Counted from the stretch's first letter, positions 11,979 through 22,932 are shown. The stretch is DNA of 64,000 nt from an uncultured Alphaproteobacteria bacterium (GCA_942490955.1 CALNZE010000069.1:4776-68775); one strand, 5' to 3'. The notes: generated from the letters alone by a model not told the origin. Translations and numbers: made by a program.

Positions 11979-12680
11979 CTATCGCCGCGCCATAATCTCC
12001 CGGCCGGCGCAGTTGCGCCCACTGCTCGACGTACCAACCGCGCGCAACCGCGAAAATCCCGGCCGCCTGCCAACAAGGTCATATGATTTCCGCCGTTTAC
12101 AAGCGCGGCTAAAGGCCACAGCCCCTGCCATTTCAAACGGCTCTTCAATCAACCCGCCGGGCTTCACAAGGAGTTGCGGCAGGTGCAGGGTCTTCGCCCA
12201 ATAGCGCCACAGCGCCGTAATCTCAAGATCATCTCGTGCCCGGTAAAGCAACACATCATGCCGGCAGTCTTCATTAAGGAGAAACAGCTCAAGTCTTGGC
12301 CCTGAATCAGGCGCCGAGCGCATTAAAAGCCCAGGCAGTTTATCGCCCAGCCTCAACCGCTTCGCTGCCGCCTCAACCCCCTTGTAAACCCGCAGGCGCA
12401 GGCGCAAAAAGGCAGCCGGCCTGACAGTGTCATACCGCACCGCAACGCCAATAAAGTCTTTAATATGAAGATCTTGTCTGTCACCAGGGCGCCAAAAGTA
12501 GCGATGCCGACAGCGCAGTTTTGCCCGGCCAAGCACCACATCCATTTTGTCGATACCAAGCCGGCCCCAAAGGCCCGCGCCGCGCAACCGCAGCCGCACT
12601 GGCCACCGTGTCGGGAATAGGGCATCGTCGTCAGCCACCGGGGCATAGCCCCAGTTCTCAATATGCGAAAAACGCCTCAC
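11979..12680 (-). CDS. Hypothetical protein, DUF6101-like
   Basis: Basic protein ending in RRP.F...REIMARR, between ubiA and cysQ. Family call from recalled resemblance. Confidence 0.55.
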   Translation of the reverse strand: MRRFSHIENWGYAPVADDDALFPTRWPVRLRLRGAGLWGRLGIDKMDVVLGRAKLRCRHRYFWRPGDRQDLHIKDFIGVAVRYDTVRPAAFLRLRLRVYKGVEAAAKRLRLGDKLPGLLMRSAPDSGPRLELFLLNEDCRHDVLLYRARDDLEITALWRYWAKTLHLPQLLVKPGGLIEEPFEMAGAVAFSRACKRRKSYDLVGRRPGFSRLRAVGTSSSGRNCAGREIMARR

Positions 12681-12893
12681 TGTTAACTCCCTGATCAGGC
12701 CCTCTGACGTGACCCGTTATCAGCAAAGTTTCGCAAAAAGAGATGTTTTTCCAATTAAGAGGAACGGTAAATTATTCCCTAACCACAGCCTATTTGTGAG
12801 CGGGTAAATTTAAAAAATTCACCCCCCACCCCTCTTATATTCAGCGGCGAAATAGGCTACTCATTTATAAGCGATTTTAAGGACCTACGAGCC

Positions 12894-13676
12894 ATGGCTG
12901 AGGCATGCCCTCTCTTCGATCATCTGAAACAGGCGGTTCAAAAGGCGGGCGCTCTCGCCGTCACCCACTTCGGCACCGACATCGATATAGAGACCAAAGC
13001 CGATGGCTCCAAGGTCTCCGCCGCCGACTATGCCGTCAACAACCTGCTGCATGAGCATCTTTCAAATCTCGATGACGACATCGGCTGGTTGTCTGAGGAA
13101 TCACCGCCAGACGAGCGCCGCCTCACTCAGGCCCGCGTCTGGATCATAGACCCCATCGATGGCACCCACGCCTTCCTGCGCGGCGATCCGGACTGGACCA
13201 TCGTCGCCGCCCTGATCGAAAACAACAAACCCGTCCTTGGCGCGGTCTTCGCGCCCGTCACCAACCAGCTATTCATGGCCAGAAAAGACGGCGGCGCCAC
13301 CCTCAACGATCAGCCCATCAAGACCAGCCTTGAGCCCGACCTCAACGCCGCCCATATCATCGCGCCGAAAAGTCAGTTTAACCGCGTTTTTAAGCAAACC
13401 GGCGATGAGCCCCGCCGCAGCTGGCGTTGCTCGATGGCCTATCGCATTGCCCTTGTCGCCAGTGGCGACGCTGATGCCACCATTTCCCTCAGCCCCAAAT
13501 GCGATTGGGACATCGCCGCCGCCGATCTTATTCTGAGAGAGGCTGGCGGGCAGATCAGCACCCAAAGCGGCGTTGACCTCCGCTACAACAAGCCAAAACT
13601 CCGCCATACGGGTGTTGTCGCCTCCAACAGCCCACTTTTCGCCAATTTGATCCGTAAAACCGCCAAAGCCGATTGA
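12894..13676 (+). CDS. cysQ: 3'(2'),5'-bisphosphate nucleotidase CysQ / inositol monophosphatase family
   Basis: WLSEE, WIIDPIDGT and WDIAAA motifs. Confidence 0.85.
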   Translation: MAEACPLFDHLKQAVQKAGALAVTHFGTDIDIETKADGSKVSAADYAVNNLLHEHLSNLDDDIGWLSEESPPDERRLTQARVWIIDPIDGTHAFLRGDPDWTIVAALIENNKPVLGAVFAPVTNQLFMARKDGGATLNDQPIKTSLEPDLNAAHIIAPKSQFNRVFKQTGDEPRRSWRCSMAYRIALVASGDADATISLSPKCDWDIAAADLILREAGGQISTQSGVDLRYNKPKLRHTGVVASNSPLFANLIRKTAKAD

Positions 13677-13702
13677 CCAGAGCACAACCAAAGGACAGCA
13701 TC

Positions 13703-13945
13703 ATGAGCCCACAACCCGAGCCAGAAAAGCAACTCCTCCACCTCGTCTTTGGCGGCGAGTTGGAAAGCCTCGAAGGCATCACCTTCACCGATCTGGATAA
13801 CCTTGATATCGTTGGCATTTTCCCCAACTATGCCGCCGCCTACAGCGTCTGGAAAACCAAAGCCCAGGGCTCGGTCGATAACGCCAACATGCGTTACTTC
13901 ATCGTTCACATGCACCGGCTGCTTGACCCCGAATTGCCAGGCTGA
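13703..13945 (+). CDS. DUF4170-family small protein
   Basis: QLLHLVFGGEL...DIVGIFPNY..A...W...AQ.SVDNA.MRYFIVH.HRLLDP; AAGGA ribosome-binding site before ATG 13703. Confidence 0.85.
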   Translation: MSPQPEPEKQLLHLVFGGELESLEGITFTDLDNLDIVGIFPNYAAAYSVWKTKAQGSVDNANMRYFIVHMHRLLDPELPG

Positions 13946-14159
13946 CCGCCGGCCAGCGGCAATTTCACAACTTTTCCCATATTCAACGCAGAATTACAGT
14001 TAGTTGCTTTCAATGCTGGTTTATTGCGCCAAGCCGTCCTATAAATCTAACCACCCCCGCGCCAGTCTCAAACACTGCCGGCGCCGGGCAGGTTACGCCC
14101 TGAGGCATCTCAGCATGGCGATGAATAACAAAAGGCGATAGAAGCGGAAAAACGAATAA

Positions 14160-16133
14160 GTGCAAGAAAAACTGTTTTCTGACAATTTAGTAACCGAACG
14201 CGCCCATGACAGCCTGACGGAAGATTACTCCACCGCTGACGTCGCCAGCCGTATATGGCACCAGCATCTGCGCCCGCGCGTGAAGCTGCTTGTTCTGTCC
14301 AGCCTGGCGATGATTGTCTCTGCCGCCACAACCGGCGCCGTACCGCTGCTCATCCAGCGCGCGACCGATGACATCTTTGTTAATCAGAACAGCCAGATGG
14401 TGCTTGTCATCTGCTTTGCCGTAATCGCTGTCACCACTCTTAAAACTTTTGCGGAATATATCTCGAACGTGACTGTCGGCTATCTCGGCCAGCGTTTCGT
14501 CGCCGACATGCGCATTCAGATGTTTGACCGGCTCACCAAGGCTGACCTCAGCTGGGTGGAAGCTGTCCACTCCGGTCGCTTTCTCTCCGGCTTTCTGAAT
14601 GATGCCAACCTCATCCGCGCCACAGCAAGCAAAACACTTGTCGCCCTCGTTGAAAACTTCCTGAAAGTCGTCGCCCTGACAGCGGTCATGTTCTGGATCG
14701 ACTGGAAAATGGCGCTGATGATTATGATTGCCATGCCGCTTGGTGTTTATCTCCTCTCTCGCCAGCGCAAGAAGATGCGCACCTCCACCAAGAAAGGCCT
14801 TGTCGAGACTGGCGAGCTTTCAACCTTGATCACCCAGACCCTGCGCGGCCTGCGCATTGTCCGCGCCTATGGTCAGGAACAGAATGAGCTTAATCGCGCC
14901 AGCACGGTCATCAACAATGCCATGGAATACACCATGCGCGGCATGCGCGCCCAGGCCATCTCCAGCCCCTTCGTCGAGCTGCTAACCGGCCTTGGCTTCG
15001 CGCTCGTCATCTATTATGCCGGCACCAACGGCATCAAGGGCAACATCACCCTTGGCCAGTTCACCGCCTTTATGGCCGCCGCCATGCTCATCTATCAACC
15101 CCTGAAAAGCCTGGCGACCCTGCAAACCGCTGTGCAGGAAGGCGTCGCCGCGGCAGGCCGTGTTTTTGGCATCATCGACCACCAGCCCGAGCTGATTGAA
15201 AAACCAGGCGCCACACAGCTCACACTTACTAAGGGCGAAATCTCCTTCGAAAATGTCTCCTTCGCTTACGAAGATGACAACCCGGTTTTCAAGGATTTCA
15301 GCCTCACCGTACCGCCGGGCAAAACCGTCGCCCTTGTTGGCCCCTCCGGCAGCGGCAAAAGCACCATCCTAAATCTGGTGCTGCGTTTCTACGACCCCTC
15401 AAGCGGCCGCGTCATGATCGACGGGCAGGACCTCTCCTCTGTCACGCTCTCTTCCCTGCGCAACAGCATCGCCCTTGTTACCCAGGAACCGCTGCTGTTC
15501 GATGACAGCATCGCCAAAAACATCGCCTATGGCAGTGACGACGCCACATCCGCCGAAATCGCCGCCGCCGCCAAGGCCGCCGCCGCCGAAGATTTTATCA
15601 ACGCCTTCCCCAAAGGCTTTGAAACCGGCATGGGCGAGGCCGGCAACAACCTCTCCGGCGGCGAAAAACAACGCATCGCCATCGCCCGCGCCATCCTCAA
15701 AGACGCCCCAATTTTGCTGCTTGATGAACCAACCAGCGCGCTCGACAGCAAATCTGAAGCCACCTTCCAGGAGGCGTTAAATGGCCTGATTAAAGGCCGC
15801 ACCGTGCTGATGATCGCCCACCGCCTCTCCACCGTCAAACAGGCAGATCTTGTCGTGGTGCTTGCTCATGGCAAGATGGTCGAGATGGGCAGCTATGACG
15901 AACTGCTCGCCAATGGCGGCCTGTTCGCAGAGCTACATGCCACTCAATTCGGCTTCGGCGACGCTGATACATCAGGTGACCCGCCCGCTGACATTGTCGA
16001 TGGTGGTACCGCCCTGGAGAGCACTTTTGAGACGATCGAGCCCGCAGAAAATTCAGAGCAAAAACCGACAGAAGCCGAAAGGGCCGTAAAAGACATGCCC
16101 CAATCCAGGCCAACAAAATCGTCGGTCAAATAA
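14160..16133 (+). CDS. msbA: ABC exporter, fused permease/ATPase (MsbA-like lipid A flippase)
   Basis: Six-helix membrane domain plus GPSGSGKS, LSGGEKQR and LLLDE; directly upstream of waaA and lpxK. Confidence 0.8.
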   Translation: MQEKLFSDNLVTERAHDSLTEDYSTADVASRIWHQHLRPRVKLLVLSSLAMIVSAATTGAVPLLIQRATDDIFVNQNSQMVLVICFAVIAVTTLKTFAEYISNVTVGYLGQRFVADMRIQMFDRLTKADLSWVEAVHSGRFLSGFLNDANLIRATASKTLVALVENFLKVVALTAVMFWIDWKMALMIMIAMPLGVYLLSRQRKKMRTSTKKGLVETGELSTLITQTLRGLRIVRAYGQEQNELNRASTVINNAMEYTMRGMRAQAISSPFVELLTGLGFALVIYYAGTNGIKGNITLGQFTAFMAAAMLIYQPLKSLATLQTAVQEGVAAAGRVFGIIDHQPELIEKPGATQLTLTKGEISFENVSFAYEDDNPVFKDFSLTVPPGKTVALVGPSGSGKSTILNLVLRFYDPSSGRVMIDGQDLSSVTLSSLRNSIALVTQEPLLFDDSIAKNIAYGSDDATSAEIAAAAKAAAAEDFINAFPKGFETGMGEAGNNLSGGEKQRIAIARAILKDAPILLLDEPTSALDSKSEATFQEALNGLIKGRTVLMIAHRLSTVKQADLVVVLAHGKMVEMGSYDELLANGGLFAELHATQFGFGDADTSGDPPADIVDGGTALESTFETIEPAENSEQKPTEAERAVKDMPQSRPTKSSVK

Positions 16134-16146
16134 GCGCTGCCAGATC

Positions 16147-18210
16147 ATGTTAAAACAACTGACACATCATCCGGTCTGGGGCGAAAAGCTGGCAGCCACC
16201 CTTGCCAGATACATCCGCTACACCAGGGATCATTCAAAATGGACCACAGAACCCGCAGCCATTGACGAGCATTTCCGCCAGCACGACCCCTTCATCCTTG
16301 GCGTCTGGCACGGCCAGTTCTTGCTCATCCCCACAATCCGCCCTAATGACATCAGCGCCACCATTGTCGTCGGCGGTCATGGCGATGCTGAACTGGCAGC
16401 AAAAATCGTCACCCGTTTCGGCGTCAAGGCCATAAGAGGCTCCGGCTCCGGTGGCCGTCGGCTTGGCCGCAATCGCGGCGGCGCCAAGGTGCTCAAGCAG
16501 GCCATCAAGGCATTGCGGGATGGGGATTGCGTTGTATCAACAGCCGATGTCCCACCCGGCCCGGCGCAAAAAGCAGGCGAAGGCATCATCACCATGGCGC
16601 GCCTATCCGGCCGCCCCATCATCCCTGCCGCGATTGCCACCAAACGCGCCATCACCGTAAAAAGCTGGAGCCGCCTCACCATCAATCTACCATTTTCAAA
16701 AGGCGCCCTTGTCGCGGGCGACCCCATATCTGTGCCCCGCGATTGCACGGATGAGGAGATCGAGCAACATCGCCTCGCGCTGGAAAAAGCGCTGCGCCGG
16801 GCGACCCACCGTGCCCACGAACTGGTCGGCCGCAGCCCGAAAAAGATCGAGCCACTTTGGGAGCGCCCGCTCAAGCCGGGCCTCGGCCTGGTTGGCTACC
16901 GCGCTGTGACGGGGCTTTTAAGACCCATCGCGCCGCTCTTTTTTAAATACCGCCTGCGCCGCGGCAAAGAAATCGCCGCACGTGAATGTGAGCGTTACGG
17001 CACCGCCAGCATCCCACGCCCGGACGGCCAGCTCTGGTGGATCCATGCTGCCAGCGTTGGCGAAGCAAACGCCGCCATGCCGCTGATTGAAAAACTGCTC
17101 AAACGCAATCCGGACCTCCATATCCTGCTGACAACAGGCACCATCACCTCTGCCGAACTTGCCGCAAAAAATCTGCCAGACCGCGCCATTCATCAGTTCA
17201 TCCCGCTCGACAACAAACATTTCGTCAACAACTTCATGCGTCACTGGCGGCCAAATCTCGCCGCCTTCGTCGAATCTGAAATTTGGCCAAACCTGATCAT
17301 GGCGGTAAAAGCCAGAGGCATCCCGCTCCTGTTAATCAACGGCCGCATGTCAAAACGCTCCTTCAAACGCTGGTTCAAAAAGCCGGGCCTTGCCCGCCCG
17401 CTATTCGGTCGCTTCAATGCCATCCTCGCCCGCAACGCTGTCGATGCCCGCCATTTCATCTCCCTTGGCTGCGAAAATGTCATTCAAACCGGCAATCTGA
17501 AAATCGACGCGCCAGCCCTCACCTACAGTCAATCTGAGCTGGATAACCTGCGCGCCGCCATCGGCGATCGCCCCCTGATGATCGCCGCCAGCACCCACGC
17601 CGGCGAAGAGGAGATCATCGCCGAGGCTCACAAAATCATCGCGCTCGATTATCCTGACTTTCTCACCATCATCATCCCCCGGCATCCCAATCGCGGCAGC
17701 GATATCCGCAATGCCCTGACAGGCGAAGGCCTAAGCCTCGAGCTTCGCAGCGAAAGCCCAACGCCCGGGCGGACCACCAACATCTACATAGCGGACACAA
17801 TTGGCGAAATGGGGTTGTTCTACACCCTTGCCGACATCGCCTTCATCGGCGGCTCACTCATCCCCCATGGCGGCCAGAACCCCATCGAGGCCATCCGCCT
17901 TGGCACCAACATCATGACCGGCCGCAATGTCAGTAATTTTTCAGACAGTTATCACGAGCTTTTCCAGCGTGGCGGCGCGTACAAGGTTGAAAACACCAAA
18001 GACATCGCCGCAAAAATTATTGATCTTCTGCAGCGACCCGAGCAACATGAAGACATGAAGAAAGCCGCCAACACCGCGCTTGATTTCCTCTCCGGTGCCA
18101 TGGATAAGACCATCACCATAATGGAAGGCTATGGCACCGACACGCGCGGCAACGGCGGCAAAAACCAACCAGCAACGCCCACACCAGCGAAAGGACAATC
18201 AGCCACATGA
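16147..18210 (+). CDS. waaA: Fusion: DUF374 (acyltransferase-like) domain + Kdo transferase WaaA/KdtA
   Basis: N-terminal VWHG...IRGS...DVPPGP...G.I.MARLSGRPI...SW...INLPF. C-terminal WIHAASVGE, VESEIWPN, GNLK, ASTHAGEE, PRHPNR and GGQNPIE. Confidence 0.9.
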   Translation: MLKQLTHHPVWGEKLAATLARYIRYTRDHSKWTTEPAAIDEHFRQHDPFILGVWHGQFLLIPTIRPNDISATIVVGGHGDAELAAKIVTRFGVKAIRGSGSGGRRLGRNRGGAKVLKQAIKALRDGDCVVSTADVPPGPAQKAGEGIITMARLSGRPIIPAAIATKRAITVKSWSRLTINLPFSKGALVAGDPISVPRDCTDEEIEQHRLALEKALRRATHRAHELVGRSPKKIEPLWERPLKPGLGLVGYRAVTGLLRPIAPLFFKYRLRRGKEIAARECERYGTASIPRPDGQLWWIHAASVGEANAAMPLIEKLLKRNPDLHILLTTGTITSAELAAKNLPDRAIHQFIPLDNKHFVNNFMRHWRPNLAAFVESEIWPNLIMAVKARGIPLLLINGRMSKRSFKRWFKKPGLARPLFGRFNAILARNAVDARHFISLGCENVIQTGNLKIDAPALTYSQSELDNLRAAIGDRPLMIAASTHAGEEEIIAEAHKIIALDYPDFLTIIIPRHPNRGSDIRNALTGEGLSLELRSESPTPGRTTNIYIADTIGEMGLFYTLADIAFIGGSLIPHGGQNPIEAIRLGTNIMTGRNVSNFSDSYHELFQRGGAYKVENTKDIAAKIIDLLQRPEQHEDMKKAANTALDFLSGAMDKTITIMEGYGTDTRGNGGKNQPATPTPAKGQSAT

Positions 18211-19244
18211 AGCTTCATCCCCCAAGCTGGTGGCAAAACGAAACCGGCCACATCCTGCCAAAATATCTCGGCCCCATTGGTGAGCTTTACGGCCAGGTCG
18301 TCAAGGCCCGATTCCGCTATACCAAACCCTATGAATGCAACCTGCCGGTGATTTGCGTCGGCAATTTCACCCAGGGGGGAACCGGCAAAACCCCCATTTC
18401 GATTAAACTGGCAGAAATGCTAACCGATCAAGGATGGCAACCAAGCTTTCTTACACGCGGTTACAAGGGGAAATTCTCAGGCCCCATCCTGGTCAATGCG
18501 GCCGAGCAAACCGCCGATGAAGTCGGCGATGAACCACTGCTGCTGGCCGGCACGGCCCCCACAGTCGTTGCCAAGAACCGCGTTGACGGTGCCTGGCTCA
18601 TTGAGCAACGCAATTCAAATTTCATCATTATGGATGACGGCTTTCAAAACCCCACTATCCGCAAGAATATCTCGATCATTGCCATCGACAGCGCCACCGC
18701 CCTTGGCAACCACCGCATTTTCCCGGCCGGCCCCTTGCGCGCCCCGCTCGACTTTCAGCTCGCAAGGGCAGATGCCATCATCATCACCGGTGGCAACGCC
18801 ACGTCGATCGATAACGAGTTAAAAACCAATTACAATTTCCAAAAGCCCATATTGCGCGGCAACCTCCGCCCTGTCGAAGACACAGACTGGGTGCGCGAGA
18901 AACCGGTGCTTGCCTATGCTGGAATCGCCCGCCCGGAAAAACTTTTTGATAGCCTAACCAGCGTCGGCGGCAAGGTCATCCGCCGCATCCCCTTTGCCGA
19001 TCATCATCAGTTCACCGCCAAAGATGCCGACCATCTCACCAAGCTCGCCTTGGCCGATGACCTGCAGCTCATCACAACGCAGAAAGACCTTGTCCGCATT
19101 GCCGACAAAGACAGCCACCAGCTCCGCGCCCTCAAACGCATGAGCCGCGCCTTCCCTGTCGAATTTTCCTTTGAAGATGACGGCGAGAAAGTCCTGACGA
19201 AATTGATCCGTTCGCATTTTCCCCGTCCGCCGGAGGGCAGCTAA
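18207..19244 (+). CDS. lpxK: Tetraacyldisaccharide 4'-kinase
   Basis: VGNFTQGGTGKTP, GDEPLLL, DDGFQ, PAGPLRAP, DHH and TTQKD; ATGA overlap with waaA. Confidence 0.96.
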   Translation: MKLHPPSWWQNETGHILPKYLGPIGELYGQVVKARFRYTKPYECNLPVICVGNFTQGGTGKTPISIKLAEMLTDQGWQPSFLTRGYKGKFSGPILVNAAEQTADEVGDEPLLLAGTAPTVVAKNRVDGAWLIEQRNSNFIIMDDGFQNPTIRKNISIIAIDSATALGNHRIFPAGPLRAPLDFQLARADAIIITGGNATSIDNELKTNYNFQKPILRGNLRPVEDTDWVREKPVLAYAGIARPEKLFDSLTSVGGKVIRRIPFADHHQFTAKDADHLTKLALADDLQLITTQKDLVRIADKDSHQLRALKRMSRAFPVEFSFEDDGEKVLTKLIRSHFPRPPEGS

Positions 19245-19320
19245 ATAAAAAACCCGCCGGAGGGCGGCTAAGAAAAAGCCCGCCGGACGGCGGCTGAGAT
19301 GAAGGCCCGCCGGGAGGGGA
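19227..19320. repeat. Four degenerate tandem copies (26-27 bp period) of CCGCCGGAGGGCGGCT
   Basis: Copies start at 19227 (the lpxK 3' end), 19254, 19280 and 19307. Confidence 0.85.
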
Positions 19321-19339
19321 GGGGGACGGCTGCTAACAG

Positions 19340-19561
19340 CTAGATACCGCGCCGCTTCTTTTCAGCCCTCAGAGCCGCATCAGCCGTCGCGTAAGCTTCC
19401 TGATCCTCAACGCTCCAATAGCGCAATTGCTCCAGCATCACCGGCGTGCCTGTCACCGCGCACAGCACAAAGTCACCCGGCGCCATCACCTGATACTCTC
19501 CATCGAGAAATTTCACTTCGGCCTGGCGCTTCTTGCCCAGCAATTTATCAAACCGGTTCAT
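19340..19561 (-). CDS. DUF2093-family protein
   Basis: MNRF...FLDGEYQV..PGDFVLCAVTG..V.L..LRYWSVE.QEAY; start moved to ATG 19561. Confidence 0.85.
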   Translation of the reverse strand: MNRFDKLLGKKRQAEVKFLDGEYQVMAPGDFVLCAVTGTPVMLEQLRYWSVEDQEAYATADAALRAEKKRRGI

Positions 19562-19743
19562 GACAGATTTCAAACCTTCTAATTTATTCACTATCGGGCA
19601 GTGGCGATATATGCCACCGCCTTTAAATGCCGACCCTTCAAGGCTGCTCACCTTGCCCCAAAATCCGAATTAAAACAACGGCGGGAGAAAGGGATGGCCG
19701 AGTTTTCATCCACGAATCGCGGATCAAACATTTCAAGCCTCAG

Positions 19744-21410
19744 TCAAAACAAAGAGCCCTGCGCCCCGCCTGTCCCATCATTGCCGCCGTCACCTTTTCC
19801 GGGCTTTTCGGCAGTCCGGCGGCTTTTTGCGGCTTTTTTACCGCCCGCGCCAGCCACTTTCTTTTTGCTCTTTTGCAGGCCAGCATCAGAGCCACCACCC
19901 TTGACCTCTGCTAGCACCCGGCCATCAACAAACTCCATCTCAGCCATCATCCCCGGCGCCAGCATCGCAGCCCCGCGCACCATCTCACCCTGCTCATCCC
20001 GCACCAGCGCAAAGCCCCGCGCCAGCGCGCTCTGGTAACTCAGCGATTTTAGCAGTTGCTGCCCGCTCAGCAGCCTCTGCCGCCGCCGCGCAATCTCCCC
20101 GGCAAACACCCGCTTGTGCCGCGCTGTCAACTGCCCCAGCCCGGCCCGGCCGCGCGTCACCGCTGTCATCATCGCTTGCGGCCTGAGCCCCGCCTTCTGC
20201 TGTGTGAGCCGTTGCCGCAAAAAGCGCAAGCGCCCATTCATATGATGGCTCATCGCCCGGTTAAACAGCTCAACCCGTTCGGCCCCGCGCCGCAGGCGAT
20301 GCGCCAGCAAATGCGGCCGCAACCGCCCATCAAACCGCTGATACTGCCCGCGCTTTTGCCGCGTAAACACTGTCAGCGCCTGCGCCAGCCTTTGGCTGCC
20401 ACCATCAAGCCGCTGGCGCGGAATGCCAACAAGATCAACCAGCCGTGGCAGCCCGCGCGAGGCGCTCTTCAGGTGACTGCGGCGCATGTCCATCTGGCGG
20501 ATCAGCGCTTTCAATTGCCGCAGTTTCAGATCACCCATCCGCTCGGCCAGTTCGCTATAGCGCGGCACCGCCCATTCTGCCGCCTTGGTTGGCGTCGGCG
20601 CCCGCGCATCGGCAACATAATCAATCAGCGTCCAGTCCGTCTCATGGCCCACCGCCGAGATCAGCGGGATCCGGCTGGCCGCCGCCGCCCGCGCCACAAT
20701 CTCCTCGTTAAAGCTCCAGAGATCCTCCAGCGATCCCCCGCCCCGCGCCACAATCAACACATCGGGACGCGGTAAGCCACCCGCCTGGCCGCCCGGCTCA
20801 ATCCGGTTAAAGCCGCCAATTGCCGCCGCGATTTCACGCGCCGCGCTCTCGCCCTGCACCCGCACCGGCCACACCATCACATGCACCGGGAACCGCTCGC
20901 GAAACCCATGCATCATATCGCGGATAACCGCACCGGTCGGCGATGTAACAATGCCGATCACCCGCGGCATAAAGGGCAGCTTCGCCTTGGCGCTCTCGTC
21001 GAACAGCCCCTCGGCCGCCAGCTTTTTCTTGCGCTCTTCCAAAAGCGCCATCAGCGCGCCCTGGCCGGCCGGTTCAATCTTGTCGATGATGATTTGATAT
21101 TTCGATTGCCCGGGAAAGGTGGTGAGCTTGCCGCTGACAATCACCTCAAGCCCCTGCTCCGGCCGAATCGAAAGCGCCGCCGCCTTGGCCCGCCAGATCA
21201 CGCCCGAGATCACCGCCTTCTCATCCTTCAGGTCGAGATAGACATGGCCCGAAGCCGGCGTGCTCACACGGCCCAATTCCCCCCGCACCCTGACATAGGA
21301 GAATTCGCTCTCGATAAAATTTTTAACCTTGCCAGACAGCTCGGACACCGTGAACTCCGGCGCATTGCTCTGCGCCCCTTTGATGTCTCGCTGTCAAAAT
21401 TAAATTCCAT
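19744..21410 (-). CDS. xseA: Exodeoxyribonuclease VII large subunit; frameshift near 21375-21378
   Basis: [39 protein letters not shown] and APTPT. N-terminus [26 protein letters not shown] needs one extra G in a GGGG run. Confidence 0.95.
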
Positions 21411-21651
21411 CGGCCAATCCTGGGTCTTTTTGCCATCAAAAACTGTCACTGCAAAAGGCGACGCAGCCAAACTCGCACCCGCCACCCGGCCTGTAAAGCC
21501 ATCCCGGCCAATTAACACCCCGAAATGCACCAAATTAAGCCCACCGCCGCTTGACAGCCCCGCCCCTGATGCTACGCCTATCCGGATCAATCGCGATTAT
21601 CCGCGCCATCAAATCATCAGTCAGATCACAACGGGAAAAAAGGCCGTTTTC

Positions 21652-22932
21652 ATGAACATTCTACTCATCGGATCAGGCGGCCGAGAACACGCCCTGGCCT
21701 GGAAGCTCAGCCAAAGCCCGCTGCTGGGTGACCTTTATATCGCCCCCGGCAATGGCGGCATGGGCGCGCTTGGCAAACTCACTGATCTTGATGTCACCAA
21801 TCACCGCGCCGTCATCGACTTTGCGCATAAAAACCAGATCGCCCTTGTCATCATCGGGCCAGAGGCCCCGCTTGTTGCCGGTCTCGCTGACGATCTGGAT
21901 GCTGAAAATATCAAATGCTTCGGCCCCAGCAAAGCCGCCGCCGCGCTTGAAGGCTCCAAAGGCTTCACCAAGGACATCTGCCGCGCCTACAACATCCCCA
22001 CCGCCGCCTATGGCCGCTTCGGTAACGCAGTGGACGCCAAAGCCTATGTCGCCGAACAAGGCGCGCCAATCGTCGTCAAAGCCGATGGCCTGGCCGCCGG
22101 CAAAGGCGTCATCATGGCCGCCAGCGAGGCCGAAGCCGCCGCTGCGATCGACGAATGTTTTGATGGTCATTTTGGTGAGGCCGGCGCCGAAGTCGTTATA
22201 GAGGAAACATTATATGGTGAGGAAGCCAGCGTCTTCGTCCTCACTGATGGCCAGACCTGCCTGCCGCTCGCCACCGCCCAGGACCACAAACGCGCCTTTG
22301 ATGGCGACGAAGGCCCCAACACCGGTGGCATGGGCGCCTATTCACCTGCCCCCATCATGACCCCGGCCCTCATCGACCAGACCATGCGCGAGATCATCAC
22401 CCCCACCGTCACCGCCATGCAGGACAAGGGCAGCCCCTATAAAGGCGTCCTCTATGCCGGGCTGATGCTGACCGAGACCGGCCCCAAACTCATCGAGTAT
22501 AACGCCCGCTTTGGTGACCCGGAATGTCAGGTGCTGATGATGCGCCTCAAATCAGACCTCCTCCCCGCCCTCGTCGCTGTCGCCGATGGCAATCTAGAGG
22601 GCCTGGAACTTGAGTGGCACCAGCAAACCGCCCTGACTGTGGTGATGGCCGCCAATGGCTACCCCGGTTCCTATGAAAAAGGCAGCGAGATTAAGGGATT
22701 AGACGGGGCGAGCGACGACAAAGACATCGAGATTTTCCACGCCGGCACCCAGCGTAAAGGAGCGTCCATCACCGCCAGCGGTGGCCGCGTGCTGAACATC
22801 ACCGCCAGAGGGAGCAGCGTGAAAGCCGCCCGCGACAAAGCCTATAACGCGATTGCAGAGATCAACTGGCCCGAAGGATTTTGCCGCAAAGACATCGGCT
22901 GGCGCGCCATTGAGCGGGAAGAAAAATCCTGA
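21652..22932 (+). CDS. purD: Phosphoribosylamine--glycine ligase
   Basis: [31 protein letters not shown] and [10 protein letters not shown]; start at ATG 21652. Confidence 0.98.
   Translation: MNILLIGSGGREHALAWKLSQSPLLGDLYIAPGNGGMGALGKLTDLDVTNHRAVIDFAHKNQIALVIIGPEAPLVAGLADDLDAENIKCFGPSKAAAALEGSKGFTKDICRAYNIPTAAYGRFGNAVDAKAYVAEQGAPIVVKADGLAAGKGVIMAASEAEAAAAIDECFDGHFGEAGAEVVIEETLYGEEASVFVLTDGQTCLPLATAQDHKRAFDGDEGPNTGGMGAYSPAPIMTPALIDQTMREIITPTVTAMQDKGSPYKGVLYAGLMLTETGPKLIEYNARFGDPECQVLMMRLKSDLLPALVAVADGNLEGLELEWHQQTALTVVMAANGYPGSYEKGSEIKGLDGASDDKDIEIFHAGTQRKGASITASGGRVLNITARGSSVKAARDKAYNAIAEINWPEGFCRKDIGWRAIEREEKS

Noticed and set aside
19227-19320. Possible mini-CRISPR array
   Set aside because: Linkers are about 11 nt and similar to each other, repeats are degenerate, the first copy is lpxK coding sequence, and there are no cas genes.
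20881-21651. Apparent 257-aa N-terminal extension of PurD
   Set aside because: Overlaps xseA antisense; the canonical PurD start is ATG 21652.
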